This document shows positions 10,003-21,000 of a DNA stretch of 64,000 nucleotides, piece after piece. The notes under the pieces were generated by a model. The model searched no databases and was not told where the DNA came from. It saw only the letters and a program-made list of their open reading frames with translations. Position numbers and translations under genes: made by a program. Source of the stretch: an uncultured virus (IMG/VR IMGVR_UViG_3300043449_002525) (lineage: Duplodnaviria; Heunggongvirae; Uroviricota; Caudoviricetes); the IMG/VR virus record IMGVR_UViG_3300043449_002525; one strand, written 5' to 3'. Within the stretch, counting starts at the first letter, position 1, and each line of letters opens with the position of its first letter.

Positions 10003-11819
10003 CCGAGACAGTCATATCAAAACCTGCTTTGTTAGTTGATCTTCCCGAAGTCAGCAGCATAGAAGCAAAGTTCGTCTACAACTTTTTTACTCCCGATGAG
10101 CGTACTAACGAGACGTCTAATGTGTACGGTAGCGTCGGTTTTACATCGACCGACGTTGATCTAACAACATCGACGTATACAGATAATATCGGTACATCGA
10201 ACATACAAAATGAAACGCTCAGAGCGTTTTATGGACGCAACGCTGTCTATCCCAGATTTAACAGAATAACCATCACAAAGCCTCCTGTCGCAATTGATAG
10301 AAACTTATCAATTAGTAGAACAGATATAAAGGGAAATGTTGCTCGAGAAGCTGCACTTAATGTGTTTGGAAGAGTAGGTGTCAGCATTATTGACACAACG
10401 CTGGACAAGACAATTTACCGTATCCTGTCAGGGTCAATCACTGCGCTCCAAGATCAAGAAACTAGCAGCGCATCAAGAAGAATTCTTGATGCCGTCGTGA
10501 ATAGCATACAGCCCGACGGATACAGATACGCAGTGTCTGATATGCGTCAAATCAAAGTTAGTGCTGTTGAAGAGACACTACGTGGGCTTGAGTTTGGCTT
10601 TTCTTTTCTACCTACTGTTGCAGGAACAGTTGCAGATGCCAGCCTAAACTCACCGAAGAATGTTTATGCAGATGAGATCTCTAGTACACAAACGGAATTG
10701 AATGAAGTGGAAGATCAGTCTGTTGCTGGGAGCAGGCCATACGTTCTCAGAACATCTGACTATGAAGCAGATTTTAATTTTATTGATGATGCTGTCATTG
10801 TCTCACCGACACTCAAGAATAATTTAATCGGCTACATCATTCAAAAGTTTGGCACACGTGACGATGGAACAGTCGACATCTTTAGTGAGAAGCTTGATCT
10901 CAATCCAAATACAACTTCGTTCATCGATCCTGAGATCGCATACGGAAGAAGTTACAAGTACAGAGTGATCTCTCTGTATGCATGTCAGTTTCAGATGAAC
11001 CAGCAAGTGACGACAGCATTTGGAACTGAAGAAGATAAACCTGTGACCAGGTATGCCCTGTTTGCGTCAAGAGGCTCAGATGCATCCGTCGTCTGTGAAG
11101 AGTACATTGCACCTCCGCCGCCCGTTGATCTCGCATTTAGATATCGAGCTGACAATACAGGCTTAAACATCACGTGGAATTTTCCTATCAACTTGCAAGC
11201 TGACATTAAGAAAATTCAAGTTTTTCGGAGAAGCTCGACTTCTGAGTCATTCCAGTTACTCAGAATGTACGATTTTGACGACTCAGTTATCAAGACATCA
11301 GATCCAGAGAGAGTACCAGAACGTCTGATAACACGTAGCTTGCTACCCACTACGCTGCACAGAGACACAGAGTTCACTAAGAACAGTAGGTTCATCTATG
11401 CAGTGTGTGCCATCGACGCGCACGGCTACACGTCTAACTACTCAGTGCAGCTTGAAGCATCTTACGATAGATACCGCAATAGGATTAACACGCGTGTCAT
11501 CTCTAGATCCGATGCGCCTAAGCCATACCCTAACATTTTTCTTAACCGTGACACATTTGTCGATACCATGAAGATGTCAGGCTACACACGCCTCAACATT
11601 TATTTTGATCCTGAGTACACCAGCATCACAGATGCAACTGGCGATGATCAAGAGCACGTTGTCTTCAACAATAACCGCGGCGATGATAACAGTTATAAAC
11701 TACTTGTTGTTAATACTGACTTCCAGCAGAGCCAAACGCTTGATATCAAGATCAACGATAGTTATGTCGAACCTCCAGTTATCACGCCTTCGACAGCCCG
11801 CGTCTTTAGGCCCACGTAA
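9999..11819 (+). CDS. Structural protein with fibronectin type III-like domains
   Basis: FN3-like patterns SFIDPEIAYGRSYKYRV, PPPPVDLAF...LNITWNFP, FIYAVCAIDAHG; ATGA overlap with upstream gene. Confidence 0.55.
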   Translation: MTETVISKPALLVDLPEVSSIEAKFVYNFFTPDERTNETSNVYGSVGFTSTDVDLTTSTYTDNIGTSNIQNETLRAFYGRNAVYPRFNRITITKPPVAIDRNLSISRTDIKGNVAREAALNVFGRVGVSIIDTTLDKTIYRILSGSITALQDQETSSASRRILDAVVNSIQPDGYRYAVSDMRQIKVSAVEETLRGLEFGFSFLPTVAGTVADASLNSPKNVYADEISSTQTELNEVEDQSVAGSRPYVLRTSDYEADFNFIDDAVIVSPTLKNNLIGYIIQKFGTRDDGTVDIFSEKLDLNPNTTSFIDPEIAYGRSYKYRVISLYACQFQMNQQVTTAFGTEEDKPVTRYALFASRGSDASVVCEEYIAPPPPVDLAFRYRADNTGLNITWNFPINLQADIKKIQVFRRSSTSESFQLLRMYDFDDSVIKTSDPERVPERLITRSLLPTTLHRDTEFTKNSRFIYAVCAIDAHGYTSNYSVQLEASYDRYRNRINTRVISRSDAPKPYPNIFLNRDTFVDTMKMSGYTRLNIYFDPEYTSITDATGDDQEHVVFNNNRGDDNSYKLLVVNTDFQQSQTLDIKINDSYVEPPVITPSTARVFRPT

Positions 11820-11868
11820 TATTTAACTTATAACTTCAAGCAAAGAATATTTAGAAACAGGTGTACAA

Positions 11869-12573
11869 ATGGGTTTTCTCAATCAAACAACAAACAACAT
11901 CATCGTTGACGCAGTTTTAACTGACCTGGGTCGACAGTTTCTCGCGAGAAATGATGGTAGTTTCAACATCGTTAAGTTCGCACTCGCTGACAATGAAGTT
12001 GACTACACGGTCATACAGCAGTACGGTCGTCTTGTTGGAAAAGACAAGATCGAGAAGAACACGCCGGTGTTTGAAGCTTCAACTAACGCAAACATTGCGC
12101 TCAAGTACAAGCTGGTAAGCATCTCAAATCCTGCCTTGACATTGCTTCCATCCCTCACGCTTGATTACGGATCAGCGATCGTTAATTCTAATGTCGTGTC
12201 GATCTCACGCCTCACACAGAACCCATCCCTCACGATCACTGTTAAGCAGTCGATCACGCAAGGTAACTTTGTCTCACCTGAGCTCATTGATAATGCGTTT
12301 GAAGTTCGCGTCAACGACCTGTTCTTGGGCCTCCAGAACCTCGTACCCGACTCGGTTGATGCAAGCAACAATGCAACCTACCTTGTTGACAGATCGTCAG
12401 CACTGTCAAGTGCAAGTGAAGCATCCGGACAGTTCACACTGCGCCTCAAGACATTCTCTCAGACGCTGTTCGACACATACAAGTCAAGTGGCCTCAATGT
12501 TGTTAGAACATACGTTCGTATTACAGGCATCAACTCAGGTGCCGTCAAAGAATTTGAAGTAAGGATCAGCTAG
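11869..12573 (+). CDS. Putative baseplate/fibre-attachment protein
   Basis: IIVDAVLTDLGRQFLA...IVKFALADNEVDY resembles the start of tail-collar fibre domains; ATATTTA motif and AGGT SD upstream. Confidence 0.55.
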   Translation: MGFLNQTTNNIIVDAVLTDLGRQFLARNDGSFNIVKFALADNEVDYTVIQQYGRLVGKDKIEKNTPVFEASTNANIALKYKLVSISNPALTLLPSLTLDYGSAIVNSNVVSISRLTQNPSLTITVKQSITQGNFVSPELIDNAFEVRVNDLFLGLQNLVPDSVDASNNATYLVDRSSALSSASEASGQFTLRLKTFSQTLFDTYKSSGLNVVRTYVRITGINSGAVKEFEVRIS

Positions 12574-12581
12574 GATAAAAA

Positions 12582-13778
12582 ATGCCCACATTTAAAGAGA
12601 TAACTGCTGCAGATATCAAGACTAGCAGATCAGCACTCAACCAGCTGGTCGACGTCATCCAGAACGACATTTCGAGCTCAGATACACGCAAGAAGTATCA
12701 AGTGTTCGTCACAGGCGGCATAGGGCCTGGCGTCACATCATCGCTGTTTCAGACAGTTTTCGATCAGGATTACACTCTGCAGACGGCAAATGAGGTGCTC
12801 GACTTAACAGTAGGCCTCTTCTCAGGTAGCTCAACAGTTGCTGGTAGCACAACTGGCGTCGATTCAGCAGGCAAGCTTCTCTTCCCATCGCAGTCATTGA
12901 TGATGAGAGAGAAGATCAACGTCTACCGACAATTTGCACAGACACTGCTCGGTGATGCAGATGCTCAATTCTCGGCACCATTTAGTAATCCTGGTGCAAC
13001 TGACTACATTGACGAAGCAATATTCGTCAACATTAAGCGTCTATTCGCACGCGACCGTGTCAAGCCACAGACATTTGCGATGCAATTCTACACATCGGCA
13101 ACACTTGATCGTGTAGCTGATCCCGTGAATGGCACATTTACTAATACAGACGAGACATCTGAGATTGGATCAGCCATTTTGACAGATGCGGGTCAAGGGA
13201 CGCAGTTTGGTTTCGGTGGTCAAGTTGGCGATATTGCATTCTCCACGCTGTCATCTAATGTCGTAGGCAATCTCTTCTACGATCAAGGCATCATAGTTCT
13301 AGACGCCAAGAAGGTTCTATCAGGGACGCAACATGTGTCGGGAACAATTGACGCTATGTCATCAGGCGGTACAACTGTAATCGGAAGTGCAAGTGGAAAT
13401 ACAAATGCCAAATTTATCCCTGATTTCTTTGTCTCAGGATCGATTGACGATATTGTTGACCATCTTGCATCCTGCAGATTTAGCTCGGGCTCACTCACAG
13501 CACTGACATTCCAGAATGTCACCAACATCAACTCGACATTGGTGTTCTGTCGTGCCACAGCAGATGAGTTCAACTACTCGTCAAATCCCACGTTCACTGA
13601 CGCAGACGGTAACATCATTGTCATCGATGATCCTACAACTGATCGAACATTCAGCTACATCACAACGGTGGGCCTCTACGATGCAAACGATAACTTGCTG
13701 GCAGTTGCCAAGTTTAGTCGTCCAATCGAGAAGAATGATGAGAAGGATTTGACTGTCCGCGTTCGACTTGACTTCTAA
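12582..13778 (+). CDS. Putative baseplate/tail structural protein
   Basis: C-terminus EFNYSSNPT...YITTVGLYDANDNLLAVAKFSRPIEK...VRVRLDF, shared with 13793..16135; AGGA SD. Confidence 0.6.
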   Translation: MPTFKEITAADIKTSRSALNQLVDVIQNDISSSDTRKKYQVFVTGGIGPGVTSSLFQTVFDQDYTLQTANEVLDLTVGLFSGSSTVAGSTTGVDSAGKLLFPSQSLMMREKINVYRQFAQTLLGDADAQFSAPFSNPGATDYIDEAIFVNIKRLFARDRVKPQTFAMQFYTSATLDRVADPVNGTFTNTDETSEIGSAILTDAGQGTQFGFGGQVGDIAFSTLSSNVVGNLFYDQGIIVLDAKKVLSGTQHVSGTIDAMSSGGTTVIGSASGNTNAKFIPDFFVSGSIDDIVDHLASCRFSSGSLTALTFQNVTNINSTLVFCRATADEFNYSSNPTFTDADGNIIVIDDPTTDRTFSYITTVGLYDANDNLLAVAKFSRPIEKNDEKDLTVRVRLDF

Positions 13779-13792
13779 TGTGAGGGAGGACG

Positions 13793-16135
13793 ATGTCATT
13801 CATCAAGCTGCAGCCTGAGAACTTCGACACGTTCTCTCTCACACTGCGGCCACGCGCTGAGTTTGTGTCGTCTTCAAGCGGGATCACAGGATCAGTTCGG
13901 TTGATAGAACGGCCGAGTGCCTATCTTAAGGAAGAAATTGCTATAGGCACTAGAGGAACGACGACGTTTGTAGAAGATCCTTCAGGTCCTGCATACATCG
14001 AGACACTTAGACAGGACATAATTTCTAATACTACAGATCGTCCTGCTCTACTAGATGAGTACATTCGTCTTGTAAATCTCCTAGCTGAGAGCAGGAAAAA
14101 TGACATCGTCATCCCTGTTCAGCGTATAACACAGTCGATCGAATTTGATCGCAACTCATTCACTAAAAGTAACATCAAGAATGTCCTGATGCCACAGTAC
14201 CGATCTGTCTATACTGATTGTGACTATTCGTACAAGAACTACCACACGATCAACTTCTTCACAGCATCGACTGTTCCTAGTGACAGTGCAATCATCTATC
14301 CAAATATAGACGACCAATACATACTGACAGATGCTTTTAGCTTTGATTTTTACATCAATCCGCGGTATTTATCAGACGCAGGTTCTAGCTTTAATGCAGG
14401 TGCCATCCTGCACATGTCGTCATCAATTTGTGTGTCACTACACACAGGATCGCACAAGAACGCAGACGGTCAAGTTGATCAATTTCGTCTTGCAGTAGGC
14501 TTTAAACACAGCGCAAATGAGACACCTAACAGCATTGATGTTACACAGGTAAATGGATCAAGATCATATCCACAAGATTTAATCTACGTCAGCGATGATA
14601 ATCTCTTAAAGCATAACAACTGGCATCATGTTTCAATTCGTTGGGGCGCATCATACAACAACAGATCAGGATCTTTCACAATTGATGCTACGACATCTTC
14701 TTTCTACTACCCAAGCAGCTCAATTGTAGGAAGCCAGAAACCTGACGTTCTCATCTTGGGAAATCAGTATGTTGGAAGTGATACGACGGCAAAGTTCTTC
14801 AACAGCGTAGTTGCTAACACAGCAACAGGTGAAGGTGTAACGCAACTCGACGCAGGCACAAGCGACCCAACAGGTTTCACGTTTTCAAGCCCGCTCAATG
14901 CCGAAATACATGATGTAAAGCTCTTCAATAGAGTTTTGACAAATAATGAAGTAAGTAACTTTAGAAACAACGCAAATGATGCCGACACAAACGGCTTAAT
15001 ATTCTACGTCCCACCAATCTTTACAAATTGTGCAACTAAGTTTCAGAGAGACTTTATAACACCTGTAGGTAAAGCACCGGTAAGGTACCCTACGACACCT
15101 TACAATGTCAATCTTGCAGCAAGCACACAAGTATTTAGTCCTAACTTACAAAATTTCTTGTTTGATATAAAAAACTATAGTGCTCCGCGCCTGTATAAGC
15201 TCACGTCGTCTGTAGAGGCTTACGTGGGTGTAAAGTACGCCGTTGATCACATGTTTAGACAGCCGGAATTTATAAAGAGAGCCTACACGATACTCCCAAA
15301 TGATAACGGTCTCTTTTTACCAAATTTCCAGCTAGTACCAACAAGTTCGGTAATCTCAGAATACAACCCTTATAGTGATATCTTTTCTAATATCGATAAA
15401 ACGTCGATAAGCTTACTCAATATTGATACGACAAGCATGTCTAGATCAGGTGGCTCAGGCTCTGTACAGCCCCTTTCAGCAGGTGAGACTCAATTTTATC
15501 TGACGCCGGAAGACTATAACACTACAGCAATTCTTACTGCAGGTAACTCAACAACACTTTTCTCATTCACTACAACATCATCATTTGCCGATAGATCAAG
15601 CAACCTCTCGACGATCTACCAGGTTAGCAATCTCTACTACGGTAATCAGATCTTCCCACAGACATTTACTTTGTCATCAACATCTCTGACAGGCTCGGGT
15701 GATAAGATCAATATCACGCTTAAGGACAATGGATTCGGTGGCCTCTACCGCGCAGACGCAGTCACACCTCCACCTACGTGGGCAACTGTAGGTAACCTCT
15801 TCTATGACGAAGGGCTTGCGATCATCAAGTCGCCTCACCTCTACTACTTCGGTAAGGATAATTTCTCTGTCTCGTTCAACGGGTCACAGAATATCCACAC
15901 ATATACCATCGATGCTATCTGTCCAGCTGGAGAGATCAACTCATCATCTAATCCGAGTTACCTATCATTCCCGCCTACAAATGAACAGAATGAAACGGCA
16001 GATAACTTTGTGTACATCACGGGCATTAATATTCACGACGACAACTTCAACGTTATTATGAGAGCAAACCTGGCACAACCTGTGCTTAAGAGGCCCGATG
16101 AAGAGTTTCTCTTTAGAATCAAGTACGACATGTGA
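13793..16135 (+). CDS. Tail-associated protein with LamG/concanavalin-like lectin domain
   Basis: FSFDFYINP...NNWHHVSIRW...AEIHDVKLFNRVLTNNEV fits LamG-like folds; C-terminus paralogous to 12582..13778; GGAGG SD. Confidence 0.6.
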   Translation: MSFIKLQPENFDTFSLTLRPRAEFVSSSSGITGSVRLIERPSAYLKEEIAIGTRGTTTFVEDPSGPAYIETLRQDIISNTTDRPALLDEYIRLVNLLAESRKNDIVIPVQRITQSIEFDRNSFTKSNIKNVLMPQYRSVYTDCDYSYKNYHTINFFTASTVPSDSAIIYPNIDDQYILTDAFSFDFYINPRYLSDAGSSFNAGAILHMSSSICVSLHTGSHKNADGQVDQFRLAVGFKHSANETPNSIDVTQVNGSRSYPQDLIYVSDDNLLKHNNWHHVSIRWGASYNNRSGSFTIDATTSSFYYPSSSIVGSQKPDVLILGNQYVGSDTTAKFFNSVVANTATGEGVTQLDAGTSDPTGFTFSSPLNAEIHDVKLFNRVLTNNEVSNFRNNANDADTNGLIFYVPPIFTNCATKFQRDFITPVGKAPVRYPTTPYNVNLAASTQVFSPNLQNFLFDIKNYSAPRLYKLTSSVEAYVGVKYAVDHMFRQPEFIKRAYTILPNDNGLFLPNFQLVPTSSVISEYNPYSDIFSNIDKTSISLLNIDTTSMSRSGGSGSVQPLSAGETQFYLTPEDYNTTAILTAGNSTTLFSFTTTSSFADRSSNLSTIYQVSNLYYGNQIFPQTFTLSSTSLTGSGDKINITLKDNGFGGLYRADAVTPPPTWATVGNLFYDEGLAIIKSPHLYYFGKDNFSVSFNGSQNIHTYTIDAICPAGEINSSSNPSYLSFPPTNEQNETADNFVYITGINIHDDNFNVIMRANLAQPVLKRPDEEFLFRIKYDM

Positions 16136-16658
16136 CGCTATCCTCGGCCTCGATATTTCAACTTCATGCACAGGATATGCTATTGTGTCAGCAGATCTGG
16201 GCAAGGTAGTTGAAGTAGGAAATTTTAAGCTTGACAAGTTTGACGACTTCTTCGACAAGTGCGATGCTTATAGGGCCGCACTCTCGGCAGTTTTTGCAAG
16301 ACATGTGGGCATCAAGAAGATCTGCATCGAGGAGAACTTGCAAGCATTCCGGCCAGGCATGTCATCTGCTAAGACGATCAATACACTCGCTCGTTTTAAT
16401 GGCGCAGCGTCTCTGATCTCTTACGAAGTTTGCAAGACAAAACCCGTCTTTCTCAATGCAACATCAGCAAGGTCGAAGCTGGGTATCAAGCTTGACCGCA
16501 AGTCAGAAGTCTCCACGAAGCAGCAGATCTTCGAGTTCGTCAAACCTCAAATTGACATTGAGTGGCCCACCACAAAGACAGGCGGTGTCCAGACATCGTG
16601 CTATGATATGGCAGATGCATATGTGCTAGCTCGCGCAGGTTGGTTGAACAAAGAGTAG
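16098..16658 (+). CDS. ruvC: RuvC-like Holliday junction resolvase (start uncertain)
   Basis: RNase H-fold acidic motifs ILGLDISTSCTG, ICIEE, YDMADA. Confidence 0.8.
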   Translation: MKSFSLESSTTCDAILGLDISTSCTGYAIVSADLGKVVEVGNFKLDKFDDFFDKCDAYRAALSAVFARHVGIKKICIEENLQAFRPGMSSAKTINTLARFNGAASLISYEVCKTKPVFLNATSARSKLGIKLDRKSEVSTKQQIFEFVKPQIDIEWPTTKTGGVQTSCYDMADAYVLARAGWLNKE

Positions 16659-16672
16659 GCGTATCTTACTAT
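16644..16672 (+). promoter_or_regulatory. Sigma70-type promoter, predicted leaderless primase mRNA
   Basis: TTGAAC(16644-49)-N17-TACTAT(16667-72); ATG 16679 follows after a 6-nt gap; no SD. Confidence 0.6.
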
Positions 16673-16678
16673 TAAGAT

Positions 16679-17641
16679 ATGACGACTGTCACTTCGACCG
16701 AGAAGATAAGATTTCTGCGCGGCATATTTCGTGACATCCAAGTTTCACGTGACGGCAACGATTGTGCTGTTCCGTGCCCAAACTGCAAGACACCCGACAA
16801 GAAGAAGCTGTCGATCAACGTTGAGACGTGGAAGTACCACTGCTGGGTGTGTGGTGTCAAAGGTGGAAATCTTCGATCACTCTTTAAGCAGTACTACTCA
16901 CCCGAAGTTGTTGTCGCTTTTAGAGAGCGTTTCGGCATTAGTGACGATGACTCTGCTGAGGTTCCTGTCGTAGAGGTTGTGACACTGCCTGACGGTTTGC
17001 AGCCCGTTGCGCTTGTAGCAAACTCTAAGAACCCTAATTTCAGAGCGACATACAACTATCTGATGCGGCGCGGCCTAACTGAGCGCGACCTGTGGTATTG
17101 GAAGATGTGCGTCAGCAGTGAGAATAGCTTTACAAGACGCGTCATCATACCCTCATTTGACTCTGATGGTGATCTTAACTACTACGTCTCACGTTCGATT
17201 GACAAAGACACAAAACCTCGATATGTCAATTCAAAAGCAAACAAGACTGAGATCATTTTCAACGATCTGATGGTTGATTGGTCAAAGCCTATCGTGATTG
17301 TCGAGGGCGTCTTTGATGCAATCAATGTTGGTCAGAATGCAATTCCAATACTTGGATCGTATCTACCGCAATCGGCAGCACTTTTTGCCAAGATTGTGGC
17401 AAATAACATACCGGTGACGTTGGCACTCGACCCCGACGTTGAGGATAAGATGCACAAGATTGCAGGTGATCTGTACAAGTTCGGCGTCGATGTCCGTCAA
17501 GCAGACATCACAGGTTTTAAAGACATTGGTGAGATGCCGCGCGATGTTGCTAAGCAGCGCATTGCAGATGCAAAGGCATGGTACCCAAAGATCAGCATGC
17601 TGCACAAAATTAGTAAGATATCAAGCGGATCTATTCTGTAG
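16679..17641 (+). CDS. DNA primase (zinc finger + TOPRIM)
   Basis: CPNC...HCWVC zinc finger; RVIIPSFD, YYVSR, PRYVNS; TOPRIM VIVEGVFDA and LALDPD. Confidence 0.88.
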   Translation: MTTVTSTEKIRFLRGIFRDIQVSRDGNDCAVPCPNCKTPDKKKLSINVETWKYHCWVCGVKGGNLRSLFKQYYSPEVVVAFRERFGISDDDSAEVPVVEVVTLPDGLQPVALVANSKNPNFRATYNYLMRRGLTERDLWYWKMCVSSENSFTRRVIIPSFDSDGDLNYYVSRSIDKDTKPRYVNSKANKTEIIFNDLMVDWSKPIVIVEGVFDAINVGQNAIPILGSYLPQSAALFAKIVANNIPVTLALDPDVEDKMHKIAGDLYKFGVDVRQADITGFKDIGEMPRDVAKQRIADAKAWYPKISMLHKISKISSGSIL

Positions 17642-17656
17642 CAGATATTTAATGCT

Positions 17657-18016
17657 ATGGCTAGTAATCTAAAACTTCGTCGTCTCATCCTTAAAGAGAT
17701 GGCTGATGTGCTCGCAGATGATGCACTCTTCACAAAGCAGACCCCACAAGACGACTCGCCCGTTGGTGACGTGGACGACGAGACCGTAGATGAGGGCAGC
17801 GACTGCGGTTGCGGTTGCGGTGGAGCACCGGGAGGCTGCGGCGGCAAGAAGAGCGGAACAATCACAGCAACTGCGCTCTTCAAGAGAAGCCTCTATGAGA
17901 TCATCGAGGATGCGATCGGTGTGTATGACAAGTACGACGATGCCGACCAGATAAGTGATGAGATGATCTCCGAGATTGAGCACTTCAGCAACAAGCTCAA
18001 GGCCTTTAGGAACTAA
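17657..18016 (+). CDS. Small acidic hypothetical protein with a Cys-Gly cluster; probable late protein
   Basis: LRRLILKE N-terminus, DCGCGCGGAPGGCGG; ATATTTA ends 5 nt before the ATG. Confidence 0.6.
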   Translation: MASNLKLRRLILKEMADVLADDALFTKQTPQDDSPVGDVDDETVDEGSDCGCGCGGAPGGCGGKKSGTITATALFKRSLYEIIEDAIGVYDKYDDADQISDEMISEIEHFSNKLKAFRN

Positions 18017-18054
18017 AATATAAATCTAGTGTTTTGTGTCTAAGATTAGAACAT

Positions 18055-21000
18055 ATGAAAGCGTTCCATATCTCAGACATCCATTTTAGAGGCCTGTCTC
18101 GACATGACGAGTATAGGAAGTGTTTCACTAGATTGTTCGACATCGCTCGAAAGGAGAAGCCTGATGTCTTCTTCGTTGGTGGTGACATCGTTCACTCCAA
18201 GACACAAGGTATCACACCAGAGCTAATTGATATTCTGACCTGGTGCTTTGAGACGATGGCAGAGATCGCACCTGTCCATATGATCTTGGGCAATCATGAC
18301 GGCCTCATCCACAACAAGAGCCGTCAAGATGCGATCACACCCATCATCAACGCGCTGGGAAACAAGCGCATCTACTTGTACAAGAAGTCGGGTGTCTATC
18401 CGACGGGCCTGCCTGGCATCAACTGGTGCGTCTTTTCGTGCTTTGACGAGGAGGGGTGGGACGATGTCAAGCCTGTCAAGGGTGAGATCAACATCGCTTG
18501 CTTCCACGGTGCCGTTCGTGGGTCATCGACTGACTCCGACTGGAAGATCAACGGTGAAGTGACAGCAAGCTTCTTTGATGAGTTTGACTACACATTCCTG
18601 GGTGACATTCACAAGCGTCAAAATGTCACAGGCAACGGTGTCATCTCCTATCCTGGGTCGTTCATCCAGCAGGATTACGGTGAGGATGTCATCAAGGGCT
18701 GCCTGCTGTGGGATATTAAGTCATCAGTTGATTACAGCTGTAAGTTCATCCACATCATCAACGACTCACCATTTGTAACGATCGGTTACCGCGGTGATCT
18801 TGATGAAACTTACCAGATGATCGATAGCGCTCCTACGGGTGCACGTGTCCGCATTGGCTCCGATGTTCCGGTGCCACCTACAACGCTGCACCTCATTGAA
18901 TCGAAGCTGCAAGCTGAGAAGTCTCCGAAAGAGATTGTCTATAAGATCGCAGATCTAGACGCTGGCAAAAGCCTTGCAAAGACAAGCGGATCTCCCGTCA
19001 CAGATCTCAGGCAGCCTAGCACAATCAAAGAGTTGATCCGTGACTTCTACAGCGACTCAGCTTTACCAAAAGACAAGTTTGAGCGTGTTGACGCAATCGT
19101 TGATAGGTACATGAAGTCACTTGATTTGGGTGGCGATGAGGATCGAAACTACAGCTGGTCACTTGACAAGCTGGCTTTTAGAAATACGTTCGCGTTCCGT
19201 GGTGACAACGAGATTGACTTTACCAAGTCATCTGGCATCACAGGCATCTTTGGCAAGAACCGTGCTGGAAAGTCATCCATCATTGGCAGCCTTGTCTACT
19301 GTCTCTTCAACACCTCAGATAGAGGATCCCTCAAGAACCTCCACATCATCAATGATAAGGAGGACACATGTGACGCAGAAGCAGACATTACAGTCAAGGG
19401 CGACAAGTACAAGATTTCTCGCAGAACTAAGAAGACAGTCAATAAGAAGGGTGACGTGAACGTCAACACGACGTTGGGCATCACTAAACTCGACACTGAC
19501 ATGCAGCTAAGCGACGTCTCAGATGAACAGCGTCGTGAGACAGAGAAGGTGCTGCGTCAGCTAATTGGAACTGCAGACGACTTCTTCATGACATCACTTG
19601 CAGCTCAAGGCAACCTCAATAAGTTCTTTGAGGAGAAGTCGACAGCTCGTAAGCAGATCATTGGAAAGTTTCTTAATCTTGACATCTTTGACGCTCTTTA
19701 TGAGCGGTCACGAGAGGATCTTGTACCCCTTCGTGCCTCTTTTAGAGGTCGACGAGACAAGCAGCAGATTGATGCAAAAATTACTGATGCTGTAAAGATG
19801 CTTGCTACGGAACGAGAGAAAACTTCTGAACTTGACAATGCACACAGTGATCTTACTAGGAAGTTAGCAGATCTACGCGTCATCATTAACGGTGATACAT
19901 CGGTCGAAGCTGCTGTTAAGCTGCGTGAACTCGAGCAGCGCAGGGATCGTCTTGCTGAGAAGCATAAGGAGTATACGACTCAAATTGAGGATGCCTCCGC
20001 GCTGCGCTCTAAGCATACAGTTCGCCTTGAGAAGTTCAGTGCACTGAAGGAAAAGTTTCCTATTGATGAGCTTCGACAGAAAGTTCAATCACAAAGGTCG
20101 CTAGAGACAAAGCTCGAAGCTGCAAATAGAGAGCTACAGCAGCACCTTAAATCCCTAGGAAGGCTGAATGAAGATGTTGGAATTCTATCGACTGTTCCAT
20201 GCGGCGACGAATTTCCAACGTGTCCATTCATCAAGAAGGCGTTTGAGAGCAAGTCAAAGATTGGCCAGGAGCAGCTAGAAGTTGAAGAGCAGCGGAAGTA
20301 CATCAAGCAGCTTCAAGCTGATATTAACGAAATAGCCGAGCAAAATCTTGACGAAAAGGTCAAGAAATACGACGTAATGCTCCAGGAAGAGCGAACACTC
20401 CAGTTTGATGTTAGCAAGCTTGATATGAAGATCGAGCATGCAGAGGCATCACTTAAAACTGTCAATGGAGATCTTGCTACATGTAATCTTGAGATCGATC
20501 GTCTAAGTGCGGTAGTCAACGACTCAGACAACCTGTGCGGTGTCTATGACAGCATCAAGGAAGTAGAAGAAGAGATTGAGAAGACGCGTAAATTTCAGCT
20601 CACAAATGCAAAGAACGTCGGTGCTCATGAGACATCGATCACAACGCTCCAGAGTGAGAAGGAGACGCTTGAGCGAGATCTTGCTGACCTCGAGATCTTT
20701 GAGTTGTTCAACGTCGCCATGTCAAAGAAGGGCCTCCCTTCTCGCCTAATCTCTAAGCTACTTCCTCTTGTCAATGCTGAGATCCAGAACATTCTACTCG
20801 GTGTCTGCAATTTCACAGTCGAGCTTGAGGTTGATGAGGAGTCGAACTCACTTGAAGTTTACATTAACTACGGTGACAAGCGACGGATAATTGAGCTAGG
20901 ATCGGGAATGGAAAAGATGATCTCTGCAATTGCGACAAGAGTTGCTCTCATCAATATGTCATCTTTGCCTAAATCCAACATCTTCATCATTGACGAGGGG

